Shown here piece by piece: positions 55,401-64,000 of a DNA stretch of 64,000 bases. The notes beneath the pieces are model-generated. The model was given only the letters and a program-made list of their open reading frames with translations. It did not search any database and was not told where the DNA came from. The position numbers and the translations under genes were made by a program. The stretch comes from Gemmatimonadales bacterium (GTDB lineage: Bacteria; Gemmatimonadota; Gemmatimonadetes; Gemmatimonadales; GWC2-71-9), in the NCBI GenBank assembly GCA_041390205.1, contig JAWKQJ010000026.1, positions 6,249 to 70,248 of the forward strand, written 5' to 3'. Within the stretch, counting starts at the first letter, position 1, and each line of letters begins with the position of its first letter.

Positions 55401-58400
55401 TCACCCGCTCGATCCGACCGCCTTGAGCGCCCGCACCAGCGCGGGGACGATCTCCTGCCCCCCCAACCGCACCAGCCGGAGCGAGAGCGGGACCGTGCGG
55501 CGGACGTCGGCCGCCAGCTGGACGTTGTCCAGCGCGGCCGTGAGCCTCGCCAGCCGGGGCGCGGCGCCGGCCCGGAAGCTCACCCGGGCCTCTTCGCCCC
55601 GCACCAGGATGTGTTGAATCCCGAGGACGGCCCCGATCACGCGAAGCCGGGTGAGATCCAGCAGATGCTCGGCCTCCTTGGGCGGAGGCCCGAACCGCTC
55701 GCGCAGCTCCTGGCGAAGCTCATCAATTTCACCAGGGTCGGCCGCCCGCGCCAGTCGCCGGTAGAGGTCCAGCTTGACGTCGTCGTCGCCCACGTAGCTG
55801 TCCGGCAGATGGGCCGGACGATCGAAGACAACTTCAGGCGGCAGAGGGGCTTCCACGGCCCCGCCCTGCTGCTGGAGGGCCCGGACCGTCTCCTCCAGCC
55901 AGCGCAGGTAGAGGTCGAATCCGACCGCCTGGGCGTGCCCCGACTGCTGGCTGCCGAGCAGGTTGCCCGCGCCCCGGATCTCGAGATCCTTGAGCGCGAT
56001 CCGGTAGCCGGCGCCGAGCTCGGTGTGATGCTCCAGGACCTTGAGCCGCTCCTCGGCGTCGGCGTCGAGCAGGTCGGGCGTGAGCAGGTAGCAGTAGGCC
56101 CTCCGGTGGCTCCGCCCGACCCGGCCGCGCAGCTGATAGAGCTGCCAGCCCGAAAGCGGTGGGCGTCGTGGACCACCATGGTGTTCGCGTTGGGCACGTC
56201 GAGGCCCGACTCGACGATCATGGTGGAGACCAGGATGTCCACCTCGCCCGCGACGAACTGCCGCGTCACCGTGTCGAGCTGGTCGGCGGCCATCTGCCCT
56301 TGCGCCACGCCGACCTTCACCGGGGGCCAGGGCCCGCACCCGCGCCGCGATCGTGTCGATGGTCTCGATCCGGTTGTGGACCACGAACACCTGCCCGCCG
56401 CGATCGAGCTCCCGCGCGAACGCCTCCTCCAGGAGTCCGTCGTCCCAGGGCTCGACGAAGGTGAGCACCGGCGAGCGGTCCCGCGGCGCGGTCTCGATCA
56501 GGGTGAGGTCGCGGAGCCCCGCGAGCGACATGTGCAGGGTGCGCGGAATCGGCGTCGCGGTGAGCGTTAGCACGTCGACCGAGAGCCGGAGGGTCTTGAG
56601 CCGCTCCTTGTGGCGCACCCCGAAGCGGTGCTCCTCGTCGATCACCAGGAGCCCCAGATCCTTGAAGGTCACGTCCTTCGAGAGCAGGCGATGGGTGCCG
56701 ATGATCACGTCGATCCCGCCGGCCGCGAGCTCGGCCAGCGCCGCCTTCTGCTCCTTGGCCGTCCGGAAGCGGGAGAGCACCACCACCTTGACCGGGAAGT
56801 CGGCCAGCCGGTCGCTGAAGGTGCGGCCGTGCTGCTCCGCGAGGATCGTGGTCGGCACCAGCACCGCCACCTGCTTGCCCCCCTGCACCGCCTTGAACGC
56901 GGCCCGCACCGCGATCTCGGTCTTGCCGTAGCCCACGTCGCCCACCAGCAGGCGGTCCATCGGGCGGGGCTGCTCGAGGTCGTGCTTGACGTCCTCGGTG
57001 GCCTTCCGCTGGTCGGGCGTGTCCTCGTAGAGGAAGCTCGACTCCAGCTCGCGCTGCCACTTGGTGTCCGGCGGAAAGGCGAAGCCCGCCGAGAGCCGGC
57101 GCTTGGCGTAGAGCTCGAGCAGCTCGGCGGCCATCTGCTGGATCGCCTCGCGGGTCTTCTCCCGGGTCTTCTTCCAGGCCGTGGTGCCGAGCTTGTGGAT
57201 CCGCGGGGGCGGCTCATCGCCCTGCTCGCCGGCGCTCCGGTAGCGCTCGATCTGGTCGAGCCGGTAGAGCGGCACGTGGAGCTTGTCGCCGCCCTCGTAC
57301 TCGATCACCGCGACCTCGATCAGCCCGCCCTCGACCGCGATCGTGTCGATCCCGCGATAGATCCCGATCCCGTGGTCGAGGTGGACCACGTAGTCGCCGT
57401 TGGTCAGCGCGCCGAGCGCGGTGGTCGGCGCCGCCTGGCGGTAGCGGCGCGGGCGGCGGAGCCGGCGGGCCCGGCGGAAGACTTCGTGATCGGTGAGGAC
57501 CCTGAGCTCGGGCATCACGAAGCCGCCGTCGAGCGCGCCCACCACCAGGGTCGCGACCGCGGGGCGGTCGTCCTCCTCGAGCAGCTCGAGCAGCCGCTCC
57601 CGCTGCCCCTCGTTGTCGCAGAGGATCACGGTGCTCGGTCCGCTGCCCAGGAGCCGCCGGAGCTTCTTCAGATCGCGATCGATCCGCTCGGGAGGGAGGA
57701 ACCCTGCCTGGAGCGCAACGGGCTCCTCGCGCACCGCGAGCCGGGCGAAGCGCTCGACGGCGCTGGTCCAGACGCCCGGGTCGACGAAGAGGGCGTCGCG
57801 CGAGGGAATCTCCTCGCCGAGCCGGCGGGCCACCTCGAGGTGGTGCTCGGCCTCGCGCCAGGCGCGGGAGACCTCTTCCTGGTTGGCGGTGCTGGACTCC
57901 GTCACCAGCAGGGCGCCCGCGGGCAGCAGCTCAAGCAGCGAGCGGCGGCTCGCCGGTCCGGCCGCCTCCGTCGATCGGGCCCGGATCGGGAGCAGGGTCA
58001 CCCGCTCGATCGGGTGGCCGCTCCGCTGGGTGGTGAGATCGAAGCTCCGGATCGCCTCGATCTCGTCGCCCCACCACTCGGCGCGCACCGGCTCGCCCTC
58101 GCCGAAGCCGTAGACGTCCACGATCCCGCCGCGGACGCTGAACTGCCCCACCTCGGTGACCATCGGGACCCGGCGGTAACCCATCGCGTCGAGGGTTTCC
58201 GCCACGGCGCCGAGCGCGAGGGCATCCGCGCCGGCCACCAGCTCCAGTCGATGAGCCGCGAGCGCGTCCGGGACGGCCGTGCGCTCCGCCGTGGCCCGGG
58301 CGGTGGTCACCAGGAGCCGGAGCCTGCCCGCCACCAGCGCCTCGATCGTCTCGGTCCGCTCCCCCGCGATCTCGAGGTGCGGCTCTTCCTCGCCGAGGGC

Positions 58401-58664
58401 CTCGCGCTGGGGATAGAGCGCGACCGGGAGCTCGGTCACCTGGCTCAGGTCGGCGAGCCAGCGCTCGGCGTCCGCCGGGGTCGGGACCACCACCACGATC
58501 AGCTGGGTCGGGCGCTCGCGGGCGAGCCAGCCGGCCAGCACGGCCGGGCTCGAGCCGGGCAGGCCGCCGAGGTTGAGCTGGGCCCCGGGCGCCGGGAGCG
58601 CGTGCTCGAGCTCGCGGGCGAAGCGGGTCTCCCCGAACGCCCGGATCAGGGCGTCGAGGCTCAC
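55401..58664 (-). CDS. mfd: Transcription-repair coupling factor; locally frameshifted at ~56150-56320
   Basis: CarD/RID GDYVVH..HGIG, GDVGYGKT, DEEHRFG, TATPIPRT, QLRGRVGR, DLEIRGAGNLLG. Confidence 0.95.
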   Translation of the reverse strand: MSLDALIRAFGETRFARELEHALPAPGAQLNLGGLPGSSPAVLAGWLARERPTQLIVVVVPTPADAERWLADLSQVTELPVALYPQREALGEEEPHLEIAGERTETIEALVAGRLRLLVTTARATAERTAVPDALAAHRLELVAGADALALGAVAETLDAMGYRRVPMVTEVGQFSVRGGIVDVYGFGEGEPVRAEWWGDEIEAIRSFDLTTQRSGHPIERVTLLPIRARSTEAAGPASRRSLLELLPAGALLVTESSTANQEEVSRAWREAEHHLEVARRLGEEIPSRDALFVDPGVWTSAVERFARLAVREEPVALQAGFLPPERIDRDLKKLRRLLGSGPSTVILCDNEGQRERLLELLEEDDRPAVATLVVGALDGGFVMPELRVLTDHEVFRRARRLRRPRRYRQAAPTTALGALTNGDYVVHLDHGIGIYRGIDTIAVEGGLIEVAVIEYEGGDKLHVPLYRLDQIERYRSAGEQGDEPPPRIHKLGTTAWKKTREKTREAIQQMAAELLELYAKRRLSAGFAFPPDTKWQRELESSFLYEDTPDQRKATEDVKHDLEQPRPMDRLLVGDVGYGKTEIAVRAAFKAVQGGKQVAVLVPTTILAEQHGRTFSDRLADFPVKVVVLSRFRTAKEQKAALAELAAGGIDVIIGTHRLLSKDVTFKDLGLLVIDEEHRFGVRHKERLKTLRLSVDVLTLTATPIPRTLHMSLAGLRDLTLIETAPRDRSPVLTFVEPWDDGLLEEAFARELDRGGQVFVVHNRIETIDTIAARVRALAPGEGRRGARADGRRPARHGDAAVRRGRGGHPGLHHDRRVGPRRAQREHHGGPRRPPLSGWQLYQLRGRVGRSHRRAYCYLLTPDLLDADAEERLKVLEHHTELGAGYRIALKDLEIRGAGNLLGSQQSGHAQAVGFDLYLRWLEETVRALQQQGGAVEAPLPPEVVFDRPAHLPDSYVGDDDVKLDLYRRLARAADPGEIDELRQELRERFGPPPKEAEHLLDLTRLRVIGAVLGIQHILVRGEEARVSFRAGAAPRLARLTAALDNVQLAADVRRTVPLSLRLVRLGGQEIVPALVRALKAVGSSG

Positions 58665-60435
58665 CGCTTCCGCACGCGGCTGGCCAGGAGCACCTCGGCG
58701 GCGAGCAGGAAGGCCGCGAGCCAGAGCAGCGGCCCGCGGAGGTCGCTCCGAGCCCCGGCCGCGAAGGCCAGGCGGGCCGCGTCGTCCGTGGTCGAGATCC
58801 GGACCGACGGCCACAGGCTCCTGAGCTCGCCGTGGGTGGCGGGCGTGAGATCGGTCTCGCGGGGATCGGGATTGACGGCGAGCGCACCGACGGTGTCGCG
58901 GCCGGCCATCAGGAAGTGGATCCCGAGCTCGAGCGGCCGGTAGGCGGCGCCGCCCTCGATCGCGCGCTCGCCCGCCGGCCCGAGCACCCGGGTGACCCGA
59001 TCGGGCAGCAGGCTGCGGTCCCCGGGAGCCGCGGAGAGCGCAACCAGCTCGCCCCGGACCGCGCGGTTCACCAGCCCGTCCAGAAAGGGCAGGAAGCCGG
59101 CCGAGACGGGAAGGTCCGTCCAGTCCGGATCGAAACGGCTTCCGACCAGCACCATCGAGCCGCTCCGGACCAGCCAGGGCTCGCCGGCGACGGTGGCCAG
59201 CACGTCGAGATCGGCGCCGCCGCCGTGCACCAGCCGGTGCCGCCGGGTAACCCGCTGGCGGCCGATCCAGGCCCCGCTGTCGGTCGTGGCCGCGAGGAGC
59301 TCCTGGTCGCCGAAGCGCCAGCGTGAGCCCCGCGCCGCGAGCGCCCGGTTGAGGGCACCGATCAACGCCGGGTCGGCCGGCGGCAGCACCACCGAGGCGC
59401 CCCGGCCGAGGCTGCCCAGCGTCACGTCGTCGCCCGCCACGATCCGGCCGTTCTGGGAAAGCACCTGGGCGGCCGTGGCCACGAAGCGATCCTCGTCCGA
59501 CCACCCTACCCGGGCCGGCGGGGCCACCCGCACCGCGCCGGAGCGGCGATCGTCGGCGCGCAGCTCGTCCGGGTCGAGCACCGCGTCCACCACCCACCAG
59601 CCGGGACCGGGCGCGGTGATCCGGCTGGTCTCCTGCCCGCCCACCGGCGCGAGCAGTTGCTTCGAGGGTCGGTCGCGGAAGCCCAGCGTCACCGGCCGGG
59701 AGCCTTGGCCGGTGCCGCCGATCAGCACCCCCACGACGCCGTTGTCACCGGCCCAGGGCTGGGTCCCGACCGTGAGCGCGGCGACGCCGGCGTTGGCGGG
59801 TGGCTGGCCCTCGGGCTCGAGCAGCACGGCCTCCGACCAGGCCTCCCCCTGGCCCAGCGCCGAGCGCTGCAGGTCGCTCACCACCAGCACCTCGCCGGCG
59901 CCTTCGGCTTCGAGGATCCGGGTGGCGAGCGTCATCGCCGTGCCCAGGTCGAGCCGGCGGGGATCGGGCTCCAGAGCGGCCACCGTGGCCGAGAGCTCTT
60001 CGGCCGACCCCGGCCTCACCACGCCGTCCGCCGCGATCAGCCAGAGCTTGTCTTCGGGCGTCGCCTTGGCGAGCGCGGCCTGGGCGGCTCGCTTGAGGAG
60101 ATCGAGCACCGGCACGCCGCCCCGGATGGCGCCGCTGGAAGCGAGTTGTCGACCACGAGCACGAGGGGCGTCGGAGCGTGGGTGCCGACCGAGCCGGCCG
60201 GCCAGCTCGGGCCCGCGGCCGCGAGCACCAGCGCCACGATCAGGAGGGTCCGGACCAGGAGCAGCAGCAGGTGCTGGAGCTGGAGCCGGCGCTGATGCTG
60301 CCGGGCCGCCTGGGCCAGGTAGCGGGTGGCCGGAAACACCACGGTCGGGGGCTCGCGCCGCGCGAGCAGGTGGAGCAGGATCGGCACCGCGGCAAAGGCG
60401 AGGCCGGCGAGGGCCCAGGGCGCCGCGAAGCTCAT
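58661..60435 (-). CDS. BatA N-terminal / vWA-like membrane-anchored protein; frameshift near 60130
   Basis: F.AP..L......PILLHL, FP..RYL, LLLLVR, DNS MIDAS start, VSD.Q, C-terminal TM. Confidence 0.8.
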
Positions 60436-61337
60436 CAAGCGACGTGCGTCGAGCGCACCAGCGCCTGCCGGAGCGCGATCCCGAAGGGCGTGTCGGTGGT
60501 GACCCGCTCGTAGGCGATGCCGTGGCGGCGGCACGCCAGCCGCCAGTCGGTCACCGCGCCCTCGACCGTCTTCGCGTACGCGCCGGCGAAGTCGGCGGGC
60601 CGCAGGGTGACCGCCTCACCCGTCTCGGGATCCTCGAAACGCGCCTCGGCGGGCCCGCCCAGCGAGATCTCCGCGGGATCCATCACGTGGAGCACCAGCA
60701 CCTGGTGGCCCCGGTGACGCAGGAAGCGGAGCGCCTTCAAGGCCAGCTCCCGGTCGAGCAGCAGGTCGGAGATGAACACCACCAGGCCGCGACGCCGCAG
60801 CTGGTCGACCACCTGGCGGAGGGCCGCTTCCGCGCTGGTCTCGAGGCCGGCCTGAGCCTCGTGGAGCACGGTGAGCAGATGGCGCCAGTGGGTGAGCCGG
60901 GCACGGGGCGGGGTGAGACTCCTGACCTCGCTGTCGAAGGTGATCAGACCGGTGGCGTCGCGCTGCCGGAGCAGCACCAGCGCGATCGCGGCGACCAGCC
61001 GGCGGGTGTAATCGAGCTTGGTGAGCCGGACGCCCGGGGCGCCCGACCAGGCCATCGAGCGGCTCACGTCCATGACGAGCATCGCCCGGAGGTTGGTTTC
61101 TTCCTCGAATTGTTTGACGTAGAGCCGGTCGGTCCGGGCCAGGAGCTTCCAGTCGACGTAACGCAGCTCGTCGCCCGGCTGATAGGCCCGATGCTCGGCG
61201 AACTCGACCGAGAAGCCGCGCCGGGGCGAGCGGTGGAGCCCGGTGAGGAAGCCCTCGACGATGCCCGCCGTGAGCACTTCGACCCCACCCAGCCGGGCGA
61301 CTTCCATCGGGTCGAGGAGATCGAGGCGGGCGGTCAT
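60435..61337 (-). CDS. DUF58 domain protein (MoxR-associated)
   Basis: G.HRS...G.S.EF.EHR.Y.PGD...DWK, D.S.SM, ISD. Confidence 0.92.
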   Translation of the reverse strand: MTARLDLLDPMEVARLGGVEVLTAGIVEGFLTGLHRSPRRGFSVEFAEHRAYQPGDELRYVDWKLLARTDRLYVKQFEEETNLRAMLVMDVSRSMAWSGAPGVRLTKLDYTRRLVAAIALVLLRQRDATGLITFDSEVRSLTPPRARLTHWRHLLTVLHEAQAGLETSAEAALRQVVDQLRRRGLVVFISDLLLDRELALKALRFLRHRGHQVLVLHVMDPAEISLGGPAEARFEDPETGEAVTLRPADFAGAYAKTVEGAVTDWRLACRRHGIAYERVTTDTPFGIALRQALVRSTHVA

Positions 61338-61478
61338 AGGGGCCGCAACGTACGGCGCCCGGTCGGGCGAGTCAAATGAAGGCGCGGTTGTCCGTGATCA
61401 GAGACAGAATTGGCTTGCGTCAGCACCCGGCCTTTCGCTAGAACGTTCTGTGGCAGTCACTTGCGTTCGGAGACCCGG

Positions 61479-61494
61479 TGGCATGGCCTCTGCA
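61479..61494 (+). promoter_or_regulatory. Putative sigma54 (-24/-12) promoter
   Basis: TGGCATGGCCTCTGCA has GG-N10-GC spacing, just upstream of ATG 61508. Confidence 0.5.
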
Positions 61495-61507
61495 ATCCGG
61501 TCTCGCC

Positions 61508-61741
61508 ATGAAGTGGACGGTGCTGATTCTCGGTCTGGGGCTCTTCACCTCGAGCGGCCCACCCGCCTCGAGCCACCGAGAGGCGGCCTCGCAGGACACC
61601 ACCCGAGCGAAGCCCGCGAGCGTGGAGCGCGACTCGACCCGAGCCAGGCCCAGGATCGTTCGACCTGCACCGGCCGGCGAGCCCCACCTCGAACGGCGGA
61701 AGCCGCCCGGCCGAAGCAAGCCGGCTCGCCCCTTCCGGTAG
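61508..61741 (+). CDS. Small secreted basic, Pro/Arg-rich protein
   Basis: MKWTVLILGLGLF signal peptide followed by a low-complexity tail. Confidence 0.55.
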   Translation: MKWTVLILGLGLFTSSGPPASSHREAASQDTTRAKPASVERDSTRARPRIVRPAPAGEPHLERRKPPGRSKPARPFR

Positions 61742-61786
61742 CCGGCCCTTGCCGGAGCCCGCGATCCGGCGCTTTCCTTGATCGCC

Positions 61787-62152
61787 ATGAGCCACAGTCA
61801 CGAATCGCTGGCGGAATTCGACGCATTCCGCAGCCGGATGAACGAGCGGATCGGCGCCGCCGGCAACCTCACCATCAATCGGTTCTTCAACCTGGATCAC
61901 CGGGCCTACGAGGCCGGCGCGCTCGACGTCCGGACCAAGGAGATGCTCGGGCTGGTCGCCTCGCTGGTGCTCCGCTGCGACGACTGCATCACCTACCACG
62001 TGGTCCGCTGCGTCGAGGAGGGGTGGAGCGACGCGGAGATCCAGGAGGCGATGGCGGTCGGGCTGGTGGTCGGCGGCTCGATCGTGATCCCCCACCTCCG
62101 GCGGGCCTTCGCCCGGCTCGACGAGCTCAGGCAGGCTCCTCCCGCTTCTTGA
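61787..62152 (+). CDS. Carboxymuconolactone decarboxylase / AhpD family protein
   Basis: GALD..TKE, LRCDDCITYH (CxxC). Confidence 0.9.
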   Translation: MSHSHESLAEFDAFRSRMNERIGAAGNLTINRFFNLDHRAYEAGALDVRTKEMLGLVASLVLRCDDCITYHVVRCVEEGWSDAEIQEAMAVGLVVGGSIVIPHLRRAFARLDELRQAPPAS

Positions 62153-63023
62153 GCGCCGGCAGCGCGCTCAGGAGCACCGCGGAGATCACCAGGAGCGCGC
62201 CGAGGCCCTGGAGCGGCACCGGCTTCTCGCCCAGGGCCGCCCAGGCGATCGCGCCGGCGAAGATCGGGGTCACCCCGCTGTAGAGCGCGGTCCGGTTGCC
62301 CCCGAGGGCCTGCAGGCTCCGGGTCCAGAGCACCGCGGCGATCAGGGAAGAGGCGCCGGCCGAGTAGAGCAGCGCGGCCCAGACCTCGACGTGGCTCACC
62401 GACTCCGCGATCGTGCCCGCCGACGGCGCGGCGAGCAGGAGGAGGCCGGGTGTGGCGCCGAGGTGGGTCCACATGGTCACCTGGAGGGAGCCGACTCCGC
62501 GGGCGGCCCAGCGGACCCCGACCGTGAACGCGGCCCAGAGCAGCACCGCGACCATCGTGATCAGGTCGCCCTTCAGGGTCTCCGAGGAGAAGCTCACCCC
62601 GCGGGCGCCGGCCACGAGCGCCACGCCCGCCGCCGCCAGCGCGATCGCCAGCGTCGTCCTCCGATCGGGGCGCTCGTGGCCCAGCGCGGCGCCCATCAGC
62701 GCCACCACCACCGGCATCGCCGCGAAGATCAGGGCGCTGTTGGTCGCGGTGGTGTACTGGAGCCCGCCCACGAAGGCGATCTGATTCAGGGCGTGGCCGA
62801 GGACCCCGAAGAGGAGCAGGCGACGACGGGTGTCGGCGGGCACGTCGCCGGTGCGGCCGGTCAGGCGCACCGCGGCGAGCAAGAGCGCGCTGCTCAGGAC
62901 GAAGCGGAGCGCCGCGAACGGCACCGGCGCGATGAAGGCCAGCGCGCGCTTGGTGACGGTGAAGTTGCCGCCCCAGATCAGCGATACGACGACCAGCGCC
63001 GCGTCGTGGCGGTTCAGCCGCAC
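62127..63023 (-). CDS. EamA/DMT family transporter
   Basis: IWG.NF...K, two EamA repeats, about 10 TM helices. Confidence 0.9.
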   Translation of the reverse strand: MRLNRHDAALVVVSLIWGGNFTVTKRALAFIAPVPFAALRFVLSSALLLAAVRLTGRTGDVPADTRRRLLLFGVLGHALNQIAFVGGLQYTTATNSALIFAAMPVVVALMGAALGHERPDRRTTLAIALAAAGVALVAGARGVSFSSETLKGDLITMVAVLLWAAFTVGVRWAARGVGSLQVTMWTHLGATPGLLLLAAPSAGTIAESVSHVEVWAALLYSAGASSLIAAVLWTRSLQALGGNRTALYSGVTPIFAGAIAWAALGEKPVPLQGLGALLVISAVLLSALPALKKREEPA

Positions 63024-63033
63024 GACGGATCCG

Positions 63034-63951
63034 TCACTCCGGCACCACCGGCATCGGCGATCGCGTCATCGGCCGGAATCGGCTGTAGAGCACCCCGGTG
63101 ATCACCAGCGCGGCGCCGACTCCCTGCCCGGGGCCCGGTTGCTCGCCCAAGGCCAGCCACGCCACGGCGAGCGCGACGACCGGAATCACGCTGTTGTAGA
63201 TCGCGGTCCGGCTTCCGCCGATGTGCTTGACCGCCGCGTTCCAGAGGAGATAGGCCACGCCGATCGCGAGGATCCCCGAGTAGAGCAGGCCGAACCAGGT
63301 GCCCGCGCCAAGCTGGTCCCAGCGCACCTGGCGAAGCTCCGGCCAGCCGATCAAGAGGAGCCCCGGGGTGCCCGCGTAGGTCGTGATCTCGGTGACCCGG
63401 AGCGGGCTCACGCCCCGATCGACCCGGCGGAGCCCGACGGTGAAGACGGCCCAGCAGGCGCAGGCCACCAGGATCAGGAGGTCGCCGATCCGGTCGGCGC
63501 CGGCGCGGCTGGCCGAGCCCGTGGCGATGACCAGCACCACGCCCGCCACGGCGAGCACCATCCCGATCCAGAGTCTCCGGCCGAGCCGCTCGATGCCGGT
63601 GGTGGTGGCGAGCAGGGCCACCATCACGGGCATCGACGCCATGATCAGCGAGCTGTTGGTGGCCGAGGTGCGGTCGAGGCCGATCATGAACGCGGCCTGG
63701 TAGGCGGTGTTGCCCACCACCCCGAGCCCGATCAGGAAGCGGAGGTCCTTGGCCGGGACCCGGCTCCGGGGCTCGAGCAGCCGCACCACCACCCAGAAGA
63801 GCACCGACGCCAGGATGAAGCGGACCGCGGAGAAGGCGAGCGGGGGCATCTCCGCCAGGGCGTACTTGATCGCACTGAAGTTGGCCCCCCAGATGAGGGC
63901 GACCAACAACAGACCGGCATCGTAACGGGTGAAGCCGTCGGGGCGAGGCAC
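63034..63951 (-). CDS. EamA/DMT family transporter (tandem paralogue)
   Basis: IWGANF..IK, two EamA repeats. Confidence 0.9.
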   Translation of the reverse strand: MPRPDGFTRYDAGLLLVALIWGANFSAIKYALAEMPPLAFSAVRFILASVLFWVVVRLLEPRSRVPAKDLRFLIGLGVVGNTAYQAAFMIGLDRTSATNSSLIMASMPVMVALLATTTGIERLGRRLWIGMVLAVAGVVLVIATGSASRAGADRIGDLLILVACACWAVFTVGLRRVDRGVSPLRVTEITTYAGTPGLLLIGWPELRQVRWDQLGAGTWFGLLYSGILAIGVAYLLWNAAVKHIGGSRTAIYNSVIPVVALAVAWLALGEQPGPGQGVGAALVITGVLYSRFRPMTRSPMPVVPE

Positions 63952-64000
63952 GTCCGAAGATAGACGGACAGGGGGAGATTCGGGTGGGGGTGTGCGGCTA

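Noticed and set aside
56150..56320. Programmed frameshifting in mfd
   Set aside because: No slippery heptamer, and accompanying substitutions in conserved motifs indicate a local consensus error.
61451..61464. Second sigma54-like motif TGGCAGTCACTTGC
   Set aside because: GG-to-GC spacing is 9 rather than the required 10.

Overview
A very GC-rich bacterial chromosome segment. The gene repertoire (PadR plus duplicated-orphan ABC permease, many secreted peptidases, plug-only TonB-like protein, membrane Ser/Thr kinase) suggests Gemmatimonadota or a related soil/sediment lineage; that assignment is inference. I count about 50 CDSs and one stand-alone tRNA-Ile(GAT), and see no rRNA, CRISPR array, integrase or transposase. 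The right third is housekeeping (cls, ctaA, typA, CDF, corC-like, pdxA, surA-like PPIases, mfd, BatA/DUF58). The most striking region is 6.4-13.9 kb. It holds a tightly coupled minus-strand operon of a glutaminase-less asparagine-synthetase-like ligase, a bacterial homologue of the archaeosine radical-SAM lyase RaSEA and a PrnC-type flavin halogenase. This operon converges on an UnbV/ASPIC beta-propeller plus UnbU/RnfD-like membrane pair, which is transcribed divergently from an iodotyrosine deiodinase. I know of no characterised pathway with this combination. Other items of note are an orphan Pycsar-effector-like (DUF5706) membrane protein, a ~60% acidic mini-protein behind typA, clean promoter/operator palindromes and a possible sigma54-driven small secreted protein. 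Patches of indels (radical SAM, BNR-repeat gene, permease, S41, OmpA/TPR/DUF885, mfd, BatA) look like long-read consensus errors rather than real pseudogenes. All family assignments come from reading motifs by eye, not from database searches.
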